A stretch of 64,000 bases of DNA. Origin: Candidatus Latescibacterota bacterium. GTDB lineage: Bacteria > Latescibacterota > UBA2968 > UBA8231. The notes below the pieces were generated by a model. The model did no database searches, had not been told where the DNA came from, and saw only the letters and a program-made list of their open reading frames with translations. Where the stretch lies: positions 928,001-992,000 of the forward strand of contig CBDCXV010000011.1 in NCBI GenBank assembly GCA_965223905.1, given 5' to 3'. Below are positions 30,000 to 40,939 of this stretch, in pieces (within the stretch, counting starts at the first letter, position 1; every line of letters begins with the position of its first letter). The translations under genes and the position numbers were made by a program.

Positions 30000-31637
30000 G
30001 TGTCCTCTCCACACGGCGTCACCCATCCCGCGTACCGCCCCTCGGTGCGCGGCCGCAACGGCGCCGTCGCCTCGGGCGACCCTCTCGCCTCGCAGGCCGG
30101 CATCCGCACGATGCAGGCAGGGGGTAGCGCCGTCGATGCGGCGATCGCCACCGCGGCCGCCCTCGGGGTGGTGGAGCTGCCCATGTCCGGGGTGGGAGGA
30201 GACGGGTTCATCCTGATCCACGACGCCGCCTCGCGGCAGGTGTACGGCCTCAACGCACCGGTCCGGCCCCTTCCGGCGCCACCCGCGAGCTCTATGTCGA
30301 GCGCGGCGGCATCCCGATGAAGGGGATCCTCAGCGTTTCGATCCCCGGCCTCGTCGACGGCTGGCTCAAGGCGCACGAGCGCTTCGGAAGGCTGAGTCTC
30401 TCCGAGGTGTTCGCCCCGGCGATCGACCTGTGCGAGCGCGGATTCCCCGTCGGCGAGAAGCTCGCCGCCATGCTCGCCGAAGAGCACGAACGATTCTCTT
30501 CCGACCCGTTCACCCGCCCCCTCTTCGAGCCTCGGGGCAGGCCGCTTCAAGCCGGGGAACTTCTCGTACAGGGAGACCTGGGGACCACCCTGCGCCGCAT
30601 TGCCGAGGAGGGCCGTTCCGCCTTCTACGAAGGGGCCATCGCCCGGGAGATCGCCGCCTTCAGCAGCGAGTACGGAGGACTGGTCACGGCCGCGGACCTG
30701 GCGGCCTTCGAGGCGCGCTGGGAGGAGCCGATCCACGTCGACTACCACGGGTACCGAATCTTCGAGATGCCTCCGAACTCGAGCGGCCACGTGCTGCTCC
30801 AGGAGCTCAACCTCGTCGAGCAGTTCGACCTCGAGGGGATGGGCTGCCTGTCGCCGGAAAGCATCCACGTCATGGTCGAGGCCAAGCGGCTGGCCTTCGC
30901 CGACCGCGAGGAGTTCATGGCCGACCCGGACTGGGTCGACGTGCCGCTGGCCGGCCTGCTCGACAAGCAGTACGCCCGCGAGCGCGCCCGCGGGATCGAC
31001 CCCGGGCGCGTCAACCCCGACGTCCGGCCCGGCTCCCCGGAACGGCTGGAGGACACCACCTGTTTCTGCGTCGCCGACGGCGAGGGCAACGCCGTCTGCG
31101 TGTTGCAGAGCCTGCAGTCGGGATTCGGCTCCGGCCTGGTAGCGGGGAACACGGGGGTGCTGCTCAACAACCGCATGACCTACTGGCACCTCGAGGAAGG
31201 GCACGCCAACTGCCTGGCGCCCGGCAAGCGGGTGCGGCACACCATGAACCCCGTCATCGCCACCCGGAACGGCGAAGGGGTCATAGTCTGCGGCACCCCT
31301 GGCGCCGACACGCAGGTGCAGACCAACCTGCAGCTGCTGACTCACGCCATTCACTTCGGCATGACCCCCCAGGAAGCGGTGGAGGCGCCGCGCTGGCGCA
31401 GCCTGCAGAACCCGATGGAGTCGACGGTTCCGCACACCTGCGAGGACTGCCTGCAGCTGGAGAACCGCTTCGGCGCGCCGGCCCGGGATGGGCTGGAGAA
31501 GCGCGGCCACCGGCTGGAGATCCTCGGTGACTGGGACGGGCCGGGAAAACGCCCAGTTCATCCGCATCGATCCGGGAACCGGTGCCCTCGCCGCGGGATC
31601 CGACCCCCGCCGGGACGGGTATTCCATCGCCTACTGA
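30000..31637 (+). CDS. ggt: Gamma-glutamyltransferase family protein; frameshifts near 30270 and 31545
   Basis: GGSAVDAAIA, SGVGGDGF, DTTCFCVAD nucleophile Thr, LNNRM, PGKRVRHT, DPRRDG. Confidence 0.88.
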
Positions 31638-31944
31638 CCCCCTCCTGGATACTGCTGCCCGCCAGCGATTCACCTCCGCAAAGGTCCCGAGACGTCGGCA
31701 GTGGAATGCTTTCGGGAGGTACTGCGTGCCTGCTCGCCTGAGCCAGCGCACCGTCGAGAGCGGCCAACTGCCCCGCCCGACAGGCGCCTGAACGCGAGGT
31801 ACGGAGTGGGTACGGCGAGCCTGGCAACGAGGCGATTCGGAATTGAGGGAAAAATTGCACAGATGAACTGGTTTGGATTGTACCGCGCTTTCCCCCCGAG
31901 ACGCCGGCGGTGCCGTCTTCAGCAGGAAATGGTATCGGGCAGCA

Positions 31945-33543
31945 CTAGGCCGAAACCGTCAGTCCGTCGAAACGAGGATCTGTAGCGCCTGCCTGAACGG
32001 CCGGATCGCCGGAAACCGTCACCACGTGCCCGGGACCGCCGATGCCGGGAACGGTATCGACGCTGTGCCCCAGGTTTCGCAACCCTTCCATGACCCGCTT
32101 CCCCGCCCTGCGTTCGACCTGCAGCGGCTCTGCCCCTTCCGTGTGCAGGCGCGCGGCAGCGAGGGCCTGCAGCGGATCGAGCCCGCGATCGATCAACCCC
32201 ACCGTCAGGGTCACCTCGTTGTTGGGGATGGTGCGCCCGCCGGGGAGACCGTAGGCGGCGAAGGGTCGTCCGTCCCGCAAGGCAATGAACGGGGCCATGT
32301 TGTGCAGCGGCTGCTTGCCGGGTGCGATCGAGTTCGCCAGTCCGGGCCGCGGGTCGAAGCGGGCGACCCCGTGCCCCAGCAGCAGTCCGGTCCCGGGAAC
32401 GGCGACCATCGAACCGAATCCCCCGCCGTGGGTCTGGGTCAGGCTCACCAAATTGCCGGCGACGTCCGCGGTCGAGATGTGGCTGGTGCAGCTGATCGGC
32501 TCCGAAGCGACGAGACGCCCAGATCCCGGGGACCGGAGCCCCTCTTTCATGCGGCGCCCGAGGCGGACGACGAGCTCGTCGGAGAGCTCGTCGGCAGCGT
32601 CGACATCGACAAATTCAGGATCGCCGTAGCGCTCGAGACGTTGGGGCCAGCAGAGCTTCATCGCCTCCGCGAGGTGATGCATCCGTTCGACAGCGGTCAT
32701 CGTCCCGAGCTCGAAGGCCTCGAGCAGACGCAGTATCTGCAGCGTCGTCAGCCCTCCCGCGGCCAGGGGCGGGGTGAACAGCCGGCAGTCCCGGTAAGTG
32801 GCCGCGTACGGCTTCACGACGCGGGCGCGGTAACCGCGCATGTCCTGGGCGGTCAGACAGCCCCCGAGCTCTTCCACACGAGCGGCGATCTTCTTGCCCA
32901 ACGGGCCGCGGTAGAAGAGGGACTGGCCGTCTTCCGCCAGCTCCTCGAGGGTGCGGGCCAACTCCCGGTTGGTGACCCGCTCCCCGCGGCGGGGAGGGCG
33001 CCCGTCCTTGAGCAGAAGGCGTGCGGTTTCCGGGAAATCGCGCCGCCAGTCCGCGGCGTTCTCCGCCAGCCCGAGGCGATTCCGGCGGCCCGGAACGTAC
33101 CCGAAGCGCGCCGCGCTGATCGCCGGTCTGATCACCTCCGCCAGCGGCATGGTGCCGAAGCGGCGCAGCGCCAGGCAGAGCCCGGCGACCACTCCGGGAA
33201 CGCCGACGGAGAGGGGGCCGAAGACATTTGCCCTTCCCGGAACCTGGTATCCGGCCGGGGCCGGCGCCTCCTCGATGGCGAACATCTCCTCGGAGGCCGC
33301 GGCCGGGGCGGTGGAGTTGCAGTCGACGGCAACGACCCGCCGGCGACCGGCGAGGTGGATGACCATGCAGCCGCCGTACCCGGCGATTCCGTTGTGCAGC
33401 GGCTCGACCACCCCCTCGGTGAAGGCGGCCGCAACCGCGGCGTCGACGGCGTTTCCACCGGCCCGGAGCATCGCCATGCCGGCACGGGCGGTCTTGGGAT
33501 GGGGGCCGGCAACGGTCCCGAACCTTCTTCTTCGCTCTGTCAC
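31945..33543 (-). CDS. ggt: Gamma-glutamyltransferase family protein
   Basis: GGNAVDAAVA, CTSHISTAD, PGKQPLHNM, GLPGGRTI, DPRFDG. Confidence 0.9.
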   Translation of the reverse strand: MTERRRRFGTVAGPHPKTARAGMAMLRAGGNAVDAAVAAAFTEGVVEPLHNGIAGYGGCMVIHLAGRRRVVAVDCNSTAPAAASEEMFAIEEAPAPAGYQVPGRANVFGPLSVGVPGVVAGLCLALRRFGTMPLAEVIRPAISAARFGYVPGRRNRLGLAENAADWRRDFPETARLLLKDGRPPRRGERVTNRELARTLEELAEDGQSLFYRGPLGKKIAARVEELGGCLTAQDMRGYRARVVKPYAATYRDCRLFTPPLAAGGLTTLQILRLLEAFELGTMTAVERMHHLAEAMKLCWPQRLERYGDPEFVDVDAADELSDELVVRLGRRMKEGLRSPGSGRLVASEPISCTSHISTADVAGNLVSLTQTHGGGFGSMVAVPGTGLLLGHGVARFDPRPGLANSIAPGKQPLHNMAPFIALRDGRPFAAYGLPGGRTIPNNEVTLTVGLIDRGLDPLQALAAARLHTEGAEPLQVERRAGKRVMEGLRNLGHSVDTVPGIGGPGHVVTVSGDPAVQAGATDPRFDGLTVSA

Positions 33544-33717
33544 TTTCTCACCCTTTCCTTGCTGCAACAACTGGTTTGAGCGTTCCTTCTCGCCCTTGGC
33601 CGGCAAATGAAGCCTCCCTGCTGGGGGGCTTGCGGCGCCGGTCAGGCCGACCCGAGTGAACGCGGCCGGGAGAGACCTGCCTGAGATGCTGCCCCAACAA
33701 TCGGCGGAAACCACCCG

Positions 33718-34585
33718 ATGACCAAATTGCATATCCGGCGGAACGCCCTGGGGTTCGAGATCCTCGACGGAGAGGAACTCGCCGCCCTCTACAGGGCGAC
33801 CGAGGAGCTGCCCCGCAGCGAGTCCCCCAAACCCTGTTTCGCCCCGATATACACCCCTGCCGGCGAACTCGTTACCGAGTACCGGCCGGCCGACCATCCC
33901 TGGCACACCGGACTATACTTCGGCTGGGTCTTCGCCAACGGCGCCAACCTCTGGGGCGGACCCTGGTACCTCCCGGAGAAGGACCGCTACGAGCTGATCG
34001 AAGGCACTCACGGGGTGCAGCGGCACGATCGGTTCACCCTGATCGACCAGGAGAATGGCGGCGTGGTCGCCGAAGAAAGGCTGAGCTGGCTCGACGCCGA
34101 GGACGGGGTCATGGCCGCGGAGACCCGCAGCTACCGGGTGCGCAAGGTTTCCGACCCCCTCGCCTACCACTGGGACGTCCGTACCTGGATCGAGCCGGTG
34201 GGCGGTCCGCTGAGGCTGGGGGCGTCGAGAAAGTCGCACTACAGCGGCTTCGAGCTGCGCACGGGGCCCGCCCTTTGCCGGGGACCGGCACCTCAGCAGC
34301 GAGGGCGCAGAAGGCCACGAGAGCATCATGAAGCAGCGGGCGCGCTGGGTGAGCGCCGCGGGCGCGGCCGGGGGCGCGGTAGTCATGATGGATCACCCGG
34401 ACAACCCGCGGCACCCGGTGACCTGGTTCACACGCCGGAACCTCCTCGGAGCCGGGCTGCTGATGAGCGGCGACCTCGAGATCGAGGAAGGGGACGTTCT
34501 GAACCTCCGGTACGGCTTCGCCGCCCTCGCCGAGGAGCCGGCCGCGGCCGAGGTCGAGGCGCTTTACGCCGCCTTCGCCTCGTAA
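33718..34585 (+). CDS. DUF6807/PmoA-like family protein; frameshift near 34275
   Basis: KPCFAPIYTPAG, DHPWHTGL, HYSG, MDHPDNPRHPVTWF. Confidence 0.75.
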
Positions 34586-34795
34586 CGACGGCCGATGAAA
34601 TATCCCTGCCACGGTATCCGCTACCTTGGGAATGCCTTCCGGTCTCTTTCCCGGCGGACGGCAAAAGGTCCCGCAGGTCGCAGCAGATGAACTTCCGTTT
34701 CCGGCCGGACCGGTCGACTCACCCGGACTGGTGAACGCTCATACCAGGCGGAACCGCGGCCACACTAACCGGGACAGCTGTCTTAAGGAAGAGAC

Positions 34796-35893
34796 ATGAA
34801 GATTCGAAAAATCGAAGTCATCCAGATCGAGACGCCCCGCTACTACGAGACCCTGACCGGGTACTCCGGCAGGATCTCCGGGCACGTGATTTTCAAGGTG
34901 CACACCGACGACGGGCCCATCGGCCTGGGAGAGGCTTCCGACAGCATCGCGGACGACGTCGCCGCCATCGCCGCTCGCTGCAACGAGCTGCTGAAAGGAC
35001 GGGACGCCACCTGCATTACCGAAATCAACGAGCTGATGCGGGGGCAGCAGTTCGGCAGCTCCGTCAGCGACGCCCACCTCGCCTCGGCCATCGACATCGC
35101 CCTCTACGACCTCAACGCCAAGGCCCGGGGCGTTCCCGCATATCAGCTGATGGGGGGCAAGGTGCGGGACAAGCTGTATTGCTGCTACCCGATCTTCGGG
35201 TTGCAGGTCGCCGAGGATTTCGAGCAGTCCGCGGGATTTCTGCAGCGGATCGTCGACCTCGGCCACCACCTGTTCCGCTACTACGTCTCCGGCGACAGCC
35301 GGGTCGACGACCGCTTCCTCAGCGAAATGAAAAGCCGTTTCGGAGACCGCATCCGCCTGAAGTCGATCGACATGTCGCTACGCTTCGACGCCTGGGACAC
35401 GGCGCTCCACTACGCCGAGGTCCTGCGCCACCACGATCCCATTCACTTCGAGCACCCGAGCCGCTCGATGCGGGTCAACGCCGAGTTCACCAGGCGCTGG
35501 GACCTGCCCGTAAGTCTCCACATCGGCTCCCTGCAGGATGCGCGGGAAGCGGTCGATCTGGGTGCGGGCACCGCCTTCAACATCGCCTGCGTCTCCTCCG
35601 GCCCCACGTACATCCGGCGGATCGCCGCGGTCGCCGAGGCGGCTGGCTTCCGCTGCCTGATCGGCACCGACCAGGAGTCGACGATCGGTACCGCCGCCCA
35701 AGTGGCGGTGGGGATCACACTGCCCAATCTCTCGCTTCCGTGCGATCCCATGGGGCCGGTTCTGTACATGGAGTCGCCGGCGAAGGAGCGCATACGCGCC
35801 GAGGCCAGCCATCTCTACCCGCTCGAGGGACCGGGCTGGGGGGTAGAGCTCGACGAGGAGAAACTGCGCCGGCTCACCGTGGCGGCGGCATGA
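34796..35893 (+). CDS. Mandelate racemase/muconate lactonizing enzyme family protein
   Basis: VHTDDGPIGLGE, SAIDIALYDL, PAYQLMGGKVRD, GPGWGVELDE. Confidence 0.88.
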   Translation: MKIRKIEVIQIETPRYYETLTGYSGRISGHVIFKVHTDDGPIGLGEASDSIADDVAAIAARCNELLKGRDATCITEINELMRGQQFGSSVSDAHLASAIDIALYDLNAKARGVPAYQLMGGKVRDKLYCCYPIFGLQVAEDFEQSAGFLQRIVDLGHHLFRYYVSGDSRVDDRFLSEMKSRFGDRIRLKSIDMSLRFDAWDTALHYAEVLRHHDPIHFEHPSRSMRVNAEFTRRWDLPVSLHIGSLQDAREAVDLGAGTAFNIACVSSGPTYIRRIAAVAEAAGFRCLIGTDQESTIGTAAQVAVGITLPNLSLPCDPMGPVLYMESPAKERIRAEASHLYPLEGPGWGVELDEEKLRRLTVAAA

Positions 35894-36071
35894 CGCAGTC
35901 CGGTCCCCCTGCCCGGAGGCTCCCCCTGATCCCGGCGAACAGCGCATTCCGCGCTTCTTCCAACCGGCTTCATGCCCTGGTCTTCAAGGCTGTCTTTACC
36001 CCGGACTACGCAGCACCGAGAGCGGCCCGGATGCCTCCGGCCACCTCGGCCAGGAAAAGGAGAACGAGCCC

Positions 36072-37145
36072 GTGAAGATCGCTGCCGTCGATCTGTACGA
36101 AGTCCACGTCCCCGACCGGCCCTGGGCCTGGTCGGACGAGGAGAACGGCATGCCCGCCCACCGCCTCACCGGCAGCCTGCTGGTCGTGGTGCGCTGCGAC
36201 GAGGGGGTCGACGGCCTCGGGGAGCTGGGGCTGCACGGGGTCGACCGGGGGACCGTCGCCGCCGCGGTCGAGGACTGGATCGGGCTCGATCCTCTCAGGC
36301 AGTCCCGGCTGGCGGAGGGGGCGGTCGCCGCGGCTGCGTACGAGTGCGCCGTCCTCGACATTCGCGGCAAGGTGCTGGGGTGTCCGGTGGCCGAGCTGCT
36401 CGGCGGCGCCGTCAGGGACCGGGTCCCGGTAACTCTGTGCACCGGATACAAGACCGTCGAGAACACCGCCGCGGACGCGGTCTGGGGCTGGGAGCGCGGC
36501 TTCCGCACCTACAAGATGAAATGCATCACCGGGACCCCGCATCCCGGCGAGCGCATCGACTACGTCGTCCATCGGGTCGAGGCGATTCACCGCGAACTGC
36601 CGGAGATGGATGTGCGTCCGGACATCCGCCGCCGGCTCGAGGAAGTGTGGGCAGCCGAAGAGGTGGCGAGCCGGCTCGAAGGGCACCGCCTCGATTGTCT
36701 GGAGTCGCCGATCATCACCGGCGCTCACGGCGGCAGCTTCAACGAATGGCGACGCCTCCGGCAGCGCATCGGCTTCCCGGTCGCCGAGCACACAGGGGCC
36801 GAGCAGCTGCTGGCCATGTGGTCGGCCGAAGCCCTGGACTACGCCATCATCGGAGCGCCGAGCGCCGTCGAGACCGTGCGGCTGTCGGCCATGGCCGAGA
36901 AACTCGGCCTCCCCTGCTGGACGCAGTACGTCGGTCTTGGAGTGAACAACGCCCTGGGTCTGCACGTCTGCGCAGCGGGTCCGAGCCTGTCCCGGCCCCA
37001 CGATTTCGTCGGGTTCTGGGCCAAGCAGGACGACTGCGTGGTGGAGGAATTCCCCGTCGTCGACGGCGCCGTGCACGTTCCCGACGCTCCCGGACTCGGG
37101 GTCACCCTCGACATGGACGCCGTCAGGCGCTACGCCGCCCCTTGA
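36072..37145 (+). CDS. Mandelate racemase/muconate lactonizing enzyme family protein
   Basis: PVAELLGGAVRDRVP, GFRTYKMK, PDAPGLGV. Confidence 0.88.
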   Translation: MKIAAVDLYEVHVPDRPWAWSDEENGMPAHRLTGSLLVVVRCDEGVDGLGELGLHGVDRGTVAAAVEDWIGLDPLRQSRLAEGAVAAAAYECAVLDIRGKVLGCPVAELLGGAVRDRVPVTLCTGYKTVENTAADAVWGWERGFRTYKMKCITGTPHPGERIDYVVHRVEAIHRELPEMDVRPDIRRRLEEVWAAEEVASRLEGHRLDCLESPIITGAHGGSFNEWRRLRQRIGFPVAEHTGAEQLLAMWSAEALDYAIIGAPSAVETVRLSAMAEKLGLPCWTQYVGLGVNNALGLHVCAAGPSLSRPHDFVGFWAKQDDCVVEEFPVVDGAVHVPDAPGLGVTLDMDAVRRYAAP

Positions 37146-37247
37146 CCGCCTGCCTGGATCGCGTTCGGGATGCCATCTCTCATCGGTGTCGGTCTGCCAG
37201 AAGGCTTTTTTTTCACCTTCCGCCGATCAAACCTTCAGGAGGATCTC

Positions 37248-38144
37248 ATGTTTCAGGAAGTGACCGCGGCCGCCATTTCGTTCGTCCCCGAGAAGTTCGG
37301 TCTGCAGGGCAACGCCGACCGACTGGAGGAGATGTTCCGCAAGGCCGCCGGCGGGGGCGCCCAGCTCGCCGTAGCCCCGGAAGGGGTTCTCGAGGGGTAC
37401 GTCGTAAGCCCGATCATTTCCGGCGAGCAGCCGGCGGAGCGCATGAAGGAAGTGGCGCTGACCATGCGCAGCCCGGTGATCGGCCGTTTTCGCGAGCTGG
37501 CGCGGGAGTTGAAGATCTGCCTGGCCTTCGGGCTCGCCGAGCGCATCGGCAGGAATGTTTTCAACTGCGCCCTCTTCATCGATCAGACGGGCCGCATCCG
37601 CGGCAAGTACCACAAGATGCAGCTCGCCGAGGGCTCCCATCGTTCCTGGTGGTTCAACCGGCTGGGGAAGAAGAGCCGCGCCTGCAACACCCCCTTCGGG
37701 CGCTGCGGGTTCCTGATCTGCAACGACCGCTGGAATACCGACATCGCCCGCATTCCCGTCCTCGACGGGGCGCAGTACCTGCTGATTCCCTCCTTCGGCT
37801 CGCGCTCGAAAGAACAGGACAAGGCGGTGCTGGCGCGGGCGCGCGAGAACGGCGTGCCGATCGTCGAGGCGAACGTCGGAGTGACCCTCATCGTCAGCAA
37901 GGGGGAAATCGTCAGCCTGTCCCGCCGGGAAACCGCGGTGACCTTCGGGACGATCGAGGTTCCTGCCGCGGTCTCCCCGGCCAATCGCGATCGCCACGAG
38001 CGCGCCTTTCTGCGCTGGCGCAAATCGGAGATGCCCCGGCGCTACGCCAGCTACATGAAGCGGATCAAAAACGGGAAGGGAAACGAGGACCCGAAGCACT
38101 TGAAGCAGCGCCACGACTCCAAAGGGATGATCATCAGCGGCTGA
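37248..38144 (+). CDS. Carbon-nitrogen hydrolase (nitrilase superfamily)
   Basis: Catalytic E (APEG), K (YHKM) and C (LICNDR). Confidence 0.9.
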   Translation: MFQEVTAAAISFVPEKFGLQGNADRLEEMFRKAAGGGAQLAVAPEGVLEGYVVSPIISGEQPAERMKEVALTMRSPVIGRFRELARELKICLAFGLAERIGRNVFNCALFIDQTGRIRGKYHKMQLAEGSHRSWWFNRLGKKSRACNTPFGRCGFLICNDRWNTDIARIPVLDGAQYLLIPSFGSRSKEQDKAVLARARENGVPIVEANVGVTLIVSKGEIVSLSRRETAVTFGTIEVPAAVSPANRDRHERAFLRWRKSEMPRRYASYMKRIKNGKGNEDPKHLKQRHDSKGMIISG

Positions 38145-38556
38145 GGGGGACCGCCAGGCAGTCCTGGGACCAGATACCCGCTTCGCGAAAGGCCGCGTCC
38201 AGGGTCCTGTAGGTCATGGCCGCGGCGGCTAGCGGATCGTAGGCCGGGGGGCGCTGCACCTGCATGCTGATCTCCGCGGTGATGAACCCGTTGTACCCCG
38301 CCTTCCGCATTTCCCGCAGGTACTGGACGTAGTCGAACTCCCCTTCCCCCGGAATCCGGCAGCGCTCGTCCTTGACGTGGGTGTGGACCGACAGCGGATG
38401 CGAAGGCGCTCGGCGGCCCCCAGGGTGTCGAGCTCGGTCGAGTACGAGCGGAATCACCGTGATCTCAACGCCCCTGGAAGCCGAGGGGGCCAGCTCCCTG
38501 ACCGAGGTGTCGATCGGCAGGCCGGGCTTGGTCCAGGTAGAGAAACCGAGCTTCAC
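38134..38556 (-). pseudogene. Sugar-phosphate isomerase/epimerase (xylose-isomerase-like TIM barrel), internally deleted
   Basis: N-terminus MKLGFSTW...GVEITVIP joined directly to C-terminal HTHVKD...PGEGEFDY...GYNGFITAE; the middle is missing. Confidence 0.72.
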
Positions 38557-38613
38557 GAGACCCTGCTCCCATGGCGGTCAACCCGGCCTCCTCCAGTGCC
38601 TGGCAGCCCACCT

Positions 38614-39792
38614 TCAGGAGGTCTGCGAATCGTGCCAGGACATCGCCTCCCCGCGCACTATGCCGGAGCGCACTTCGGAATATCCAGGCCATTCGATCGG
38701 CAGGTCGCCGTTTTCGATCATGTGCGCCAGCGGGTTGAGCTTGGTCCTAAGCGGCATCCGGATACGCTGCCGTTTCCGCGCCGATTCGAACAGTGCCATC
38801 ATCACCTCCTGGACGGCGCGGCCGTGGTCGCCGCCGCTGATCGGGTTGTCGATGCGGCCCTCGACCCAGTCGATCGCCTCCTGGCACTGGTGCGCCCAGG
38901 AGTCGTGAAACGGCGCCCCGATCTCCTGCCAGCCGCGGGTCGAGGCATTGAGGTAGCGGGCGGTCCCGAACTCGGCGTTGTAGCGCGCCGACGGGCCTTC
39001 CGGCGAGTACATCCCCCCGTCGGAAGGGATCTCGGAATCCGGCTTGCGTCCGGTGGAGAGCTCCAGGATCCCTTCCGAGCCCAGCACGCGGCAACCCTGG
39101 CCGAGGCCGGCGGTGGCGATATCCCCGCCCTGGATCAGCAGCGTCGCCCCGTTGCTGCACCCGGCGATCCCGAGGGTGGAATCCTCCGCCGGCAGCCCCC
39201 GTTCGTAGGTGTCGGCGGTGCGCTCGGTCGTACCGACGACCCACTCGACCTGCGGATCGCCCATGAGAAACAGACCGAGGCGGATGTTGTGGGAGTTCGT
39301 GTTGAGGATGTTGCCCCCGCACTCGAGCTCGATGCGCCTGATCTCTCCGATCACCCCCTCGGCGATGAGATCCCGCGCCTTGAGCCAGACGGCGTGGTGG
39401 GGGCGCTGAAAGGCGATGACGAGCTTGACGGAGTTGCGCCTGCAGGCCATCAGCATGCGGTCGGCCTCGCCGAGGTCGCCGGCCATCGGCTTCTGGCAGA
39501 GGATCGCCTTCGGGCGCCGCGCGGCCGCGGCGATGACCATCTCGGCGTGCTGCTGGTGCCAGGAGCAGACATCGACGAAGTCGGGCCGCTCCTCGTCGAG
39601 CATCTCGCGGTAGTCGGAGTAACGGTGCTCCTCGCCGACGCCGAAGAAGTCCCCGAACTCCCGCAGGGCGTCGGGGTTGGTGTCGGCAAGGGCGCCGATC
39701 TCGACAGGCCGGCCGGGAACTCCGAGCCAGCCGCGGGTGTGAACGCGGCCGATGACGCCGCAGGCGATGATGGCGGTTCGGTACTTTGCCAT
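38614..39792 (-). CDS. Gfo/Idh/MocA family oxidoreductase (paralog of 4650..5756)
   Basis: AIIACGVIG, CQKPMA; shares the C-terminal NPL..M.E.G.LP extension. Confidence 0.9.
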   Translation of the reverse strand: MAKYRTAIIACGVIGRVHTRGWLGVPGRPVEIGALADTNPDALREFGDFFGVGEEHRYSDYREMLDEERPDFVDVCSWHQQHAEMVIAAAARRPKAILCQKPMAGDLGEADRMLMACRRNSVKLVIAFQRPHHAVWLKARDLIAEGVIGEIRRIELECGGNILNTNSHNIRLGLFLMGDPQVEWVVGTTERTADTYERGLPAEDSTLGIAGCSNGATLLIQGGDIATAGLGQGCRVLGSEGILELSTGRKPDSEIPSDGGMYSPEGPSARYNAEFGTARYLNASTRGWQEIGAPFHDSWAHQCQEAIDWVEGRIDNPISGGDHGRAVQEVMMALFESARKRQRIRMPLRTKLNPLAHMIENGDLPIEWPGYSEVRSGIVRGEAMSWHDSQTS

Positions 39793-39866
39793 GAACGATT
39801 TTCCAGTGCTGTGGGTTGGATGAGATGTGGTCGGAAGCCTGGGAAAGAGCACACCAGCAGGCGGCG

Positions 39867-40475
39867 TCAAGGACCGAGAGCAGATTCCCGGGACGGGCCG
39901 AGCCCGAGCTTTTCTTCCTCCGGCCGCAGCGCCTCGATGGCGAAGAGAATGTGCTCATCGAGCCCGACTCCGAGCTCTTCGGCACCCTGGGCGAGCTCCC
40001 CGCGATCGACGCCGCGGGCGAAGGCCTTGTCCCTGAGTTTTTTCCTGACGCTCCTGACCGTGAGGTCTCCCAGGCTTCGCGAAGGGCGCACCAAGGCACA
40101 GGCTACGAGGAAGCCGCAGAGCTCGTCCACCGCGAACAGGGCGCGGGCCACGGGGGTGTCGCGGGGCACCCCCGAGTAGGAGGGGTGCGCGAGGATGGCC
40201 CGGCAGAGCTCCTCGGGAAAGCCGCGCTCGCGAAGCAGAGCGACCCCGAAGGCCGGGTGCCCTTCGGTGGCGGAATGCTCCTCGTTCGGATATCGCTCGT
40301 AGTCGAAGTCGTGAAGCAGGCCTGCCAGTCCCCACGCCTCCTCGTCCCCGCCGTATTCGCGGGCGCAGGCGCGCATGGCGATCTCGACGGCGTACATATG
40401 CCGGCGCAGCCCTTCGGAAGAGGTGTAGGCGTGCATCAGGTCCAGCGCCTGATCGCGGGTGAAAGAGCCGGTCAT
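39867..40475 (-). CDS. HD-domain (HDIG) phosphohydrolase
   Basis: LRRHMYAVE, GLLHDFDYE, AILAH, AVDELCG, KAFARGVDR. Confidence 0.9.
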   Translation of the reverse strand: MTGSFTRDQALDLMHAYTSSEGLRRHMYAVEIAMRACAREYGGDEEAWGLAGLLHDFDYERYPNEEHSATEGHPAFGVALLRERGFPEELCRAILAHPSYSGVPRDTPVARALFAVDELCGFLVACALVRPSRSLGDLTVRSVRKKLRDKAFARGVDRGELAQGAEELGVGLDEHILFAIEALRPEEEKLGLGPSRESALGP

Positions 40476-40939
40476 TTCTGTTTCAGGATCCTTTCGGGAC
40501 GGCCGTCCGCTTGGCCGGCAGTCCGGTTCGATATTCCTTTTCGTTCCATTCCGTCGCAAACAAGCGCAATGTGCGCACCAGGTTCAACGCCGGACCTACG
40601 ATTTGACCGCGAGCAGACGAAGCCATCTCCACCTGATCCCCGGCTGCCTGTTCTCCCTCCGGGCGACCACGGCCGCGGCCCTCACCTTGTTCCGCCTCGG
40701 CGGGGCCGGCGAGCCGCCCCCCGACCTCGAGGTGGAGTACGAATTCGTGCAGCTTCCCTGGACCGGGGTCGACGAGGCGCGCTTCGGATCGGCCGCGGGC
40801 CTCGAGCTGCGGCCGGAATCGATCCGCCCCGAGAGAACCAATCCCGATTCCAACCTCGCCCCCCTTCCTGAAGGGGACCGCTTTGCCATCCTGACCCACT
40901 TTCCGGGCTCGGTGTGGGGGGGGGACCCGACTGGGTTCC

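Noticed and set aside
33718-34585. 'PmoA' family label as evidence of methane oxidation
   Set aside because: This soluble DUF6807-type family is not the membrane pMMO subunit; no pmoB or pmoC present
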